From NCBI RefSeq assembly GCF_009914755.1, contig NC_060928.1: 64,000 bases of DNA, one strand, 5' to 3'. This DNA is from the human T2T-CHM13v2.0 reference genome, Homo sapiens. A program made the translations under genes and the position numbers. Of the stretch, positions 62,012 to 64,000 are shown piece by piece (the stretch's first letter is position 1; each line of letters opens with the position of its first letter). The notes below the pieces were generated by a model, which did no database searches, was not told the origin of the DNA, and was given only the letters and a program-made list of their open reading frames with translations.

Positions 62012-63711
62012 CTCAGCCTCCCTAGTAGCTGAGATTACAGGCACGTGCCACCATGCGTGGCTAATTTTTGTATTTTTAGTAGAGACAGGGTTTCACTAGG
62101 TTACCCAGGCAGGTATTGAATTCCTGACCTCAAGTGATCTACCTATCTTGGCCTCCCAAAGTGCTGGGGTTACAGGCATGGGCCACCACAACTGGCTCAC
62201 ATTTTCTTTATCCAATCCACAACTGATGGGCACTTTTAAGGATGATGTTAGCTATGGATTTTTCATAGATGCTGTAATTAATCTTTTAAAGAATTTATCA
62301 TTGTTACAATCTTCTCTTAAACAGTTTCATTACTTAATACACAACAGCATAATAAAATCTGATTAAATTGAGGTCAACATTAAACAAAGAATAGGGTCAC
62401 ATTTTGTCTCATCTGTAACTACTGGCCACCTTTTTTGTGTGCTTGCCCTGTCCATAACCTCCACTAAGGGAAACTGACCTACTAATGGGCCCTGTTGTTT
62501 CAGAAGCCATATTCGGTATGTGGTGATATCTTCCCTCTTTCGCTACCCTCCAACCACATTTATTGGACTGGATTATCCATCTGTCTCAGAAACAGCTCAT
62601 CTTTAGGTGAGACAGTAATCTTTACCCTCTAAGGCCAGATTCAAAAAAATTAATTTGACCAAATGAATTTTTCTCATGAATTGGACCTAAGGAACAAAAC
62701 TGAATTTGTCTGTTACTGGTGGATGGTGTAGCTGAAATCTATGAGACAGAACCCAGACTTGGGAGGCCATAATGGACCATGGGTAATATAATTATGGGGA
62801 AATAGAAATCATAAGTAGACAGAAGTTTATTAGCACAGAATAGTAGACACACAGAATTCAGCTGAGTGACACTAACAGCAGAGTTTGGGAGGAAAGATTC
62901 TTGAACTCCTGCATCTAAGATTTCTAGAATAAGTTTGAATCTAAAACCAATATCCAGCCTCAATTCTTGAACTTCCATGAATTCCTAGTCTGCTTATTCA
63001 TCCACATGAGCTAACTTGAAAGGGTCTCTGTTGCTTGTAAACAACAGAGTTGTTGAAACAGAGTAAATGAAATAACTAAAAATACTCAGCATAAACTTGT
63101 CACATTTGACAATAATATTTTTCTCAAGGATACTGACTTTTAAAAGAATGACATGGGAAAAGAGAATGAAAATTATTTTGGGGTTAGTAAAGGATAAAAT
63201 TCATGAAGACAATTAAGAAGGAAAATAGGAGAACCTTAGGATCCTTACCTTTAATAAACCTATGGTGTTAGAAATGCAATTAGCATTCACTAACAGATTC
63301 CTATTTAGGAGACAGGACTACAGGCACCACCACCACCACACCCACCTAATTTTTGTATTTTTAGTACAGACAGGGTTTTACCATGTTGGCCAGAATGGTC
63401 TTGATCTCTTGACATCATGGCCTGCCTGCCTTGGCCTCCCAAAGTGCTGGGATTACAGGCATGAGCCACTGCGCGGCCACCATATAATTTCTATACTAAA
63501 GTTCACCTGTTCAAGAACTGCTTGAACCTGGGAGGCGGAGGTTGCAGTGAGCAGAGATCGCGCCACTGCACTTACTACCTTATTTGGTAAGGGGGTAATA
63601 ACAAAATTGTTAAAATGGCAATGTGGTGCTTAATAAATTCTTCAAAAAGAAGACCGTTGGGCAGAAACCTTGTTAATGGCAAACAATGCCTAAGGATTTA
63701 AAATGGTATCA

Positions 63712-64000
63712 GCTGGGCGTGGTGGCTCACACCTGTAATCCCAGCATGTTGGGAGGCTGAGATGGGCAGATTACAAGGTCAAGAGGTGGAGACCATCCTG
63801 GCCAACATGGTGAAACCCTGTCTCTACTGAAAATACAAAAATTAGCTGGGTGTCGTGGCATGCGCCAATAGTCCCAGCTACTTGGGAGTCTGAGACAGGA
63901 GAATCCTTGAATCTGGGAGGTGGAGTTTGCAATGACCCGAGATTGCACCACTGCACTCCAGCCTGGGCGACAGAGGGAGACTCCATCTCCAAAAAAAAAA
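63712..64000 (+). mobile_element. Alu reaching the window end
   Basis: Alu consensus. Confidence 0.9.

Overview
This is primate, almost certainly human, genomic DNA from the HERC5-PYURF/PIGY locus (4q22.1), identified from memory of the protein sequences. It contains the last seven coding exons of HERC5 (HECT domain, + strand, stop at 15534) and a full-length NCOA4 processed pseudogene (- strand) lying tail-to-tail with HERC5. Next come the bicistronic PYURF/PIGY gene (- strand) with its bidirectional CpG-island promoter, and an Alu-split CD53 processed pseudogene (+ strand). The rest is a transposon-dense region with a full-length older L1PA and a four-level nested insertion. I found no convincing new gene system. 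The most unusual observations are a 55-nt ectopic copy of the NCOA4 pseudogene 3.6 kb away, two identical divergent CTCF core motifs bracketing PYURF/PIGY, a MADE1 with perfectly symmetric non-consensus arms, and a trimeric AluY. Repeat subfamily names come from recall of consensus sequences, and many repeat boundaries are approximate.
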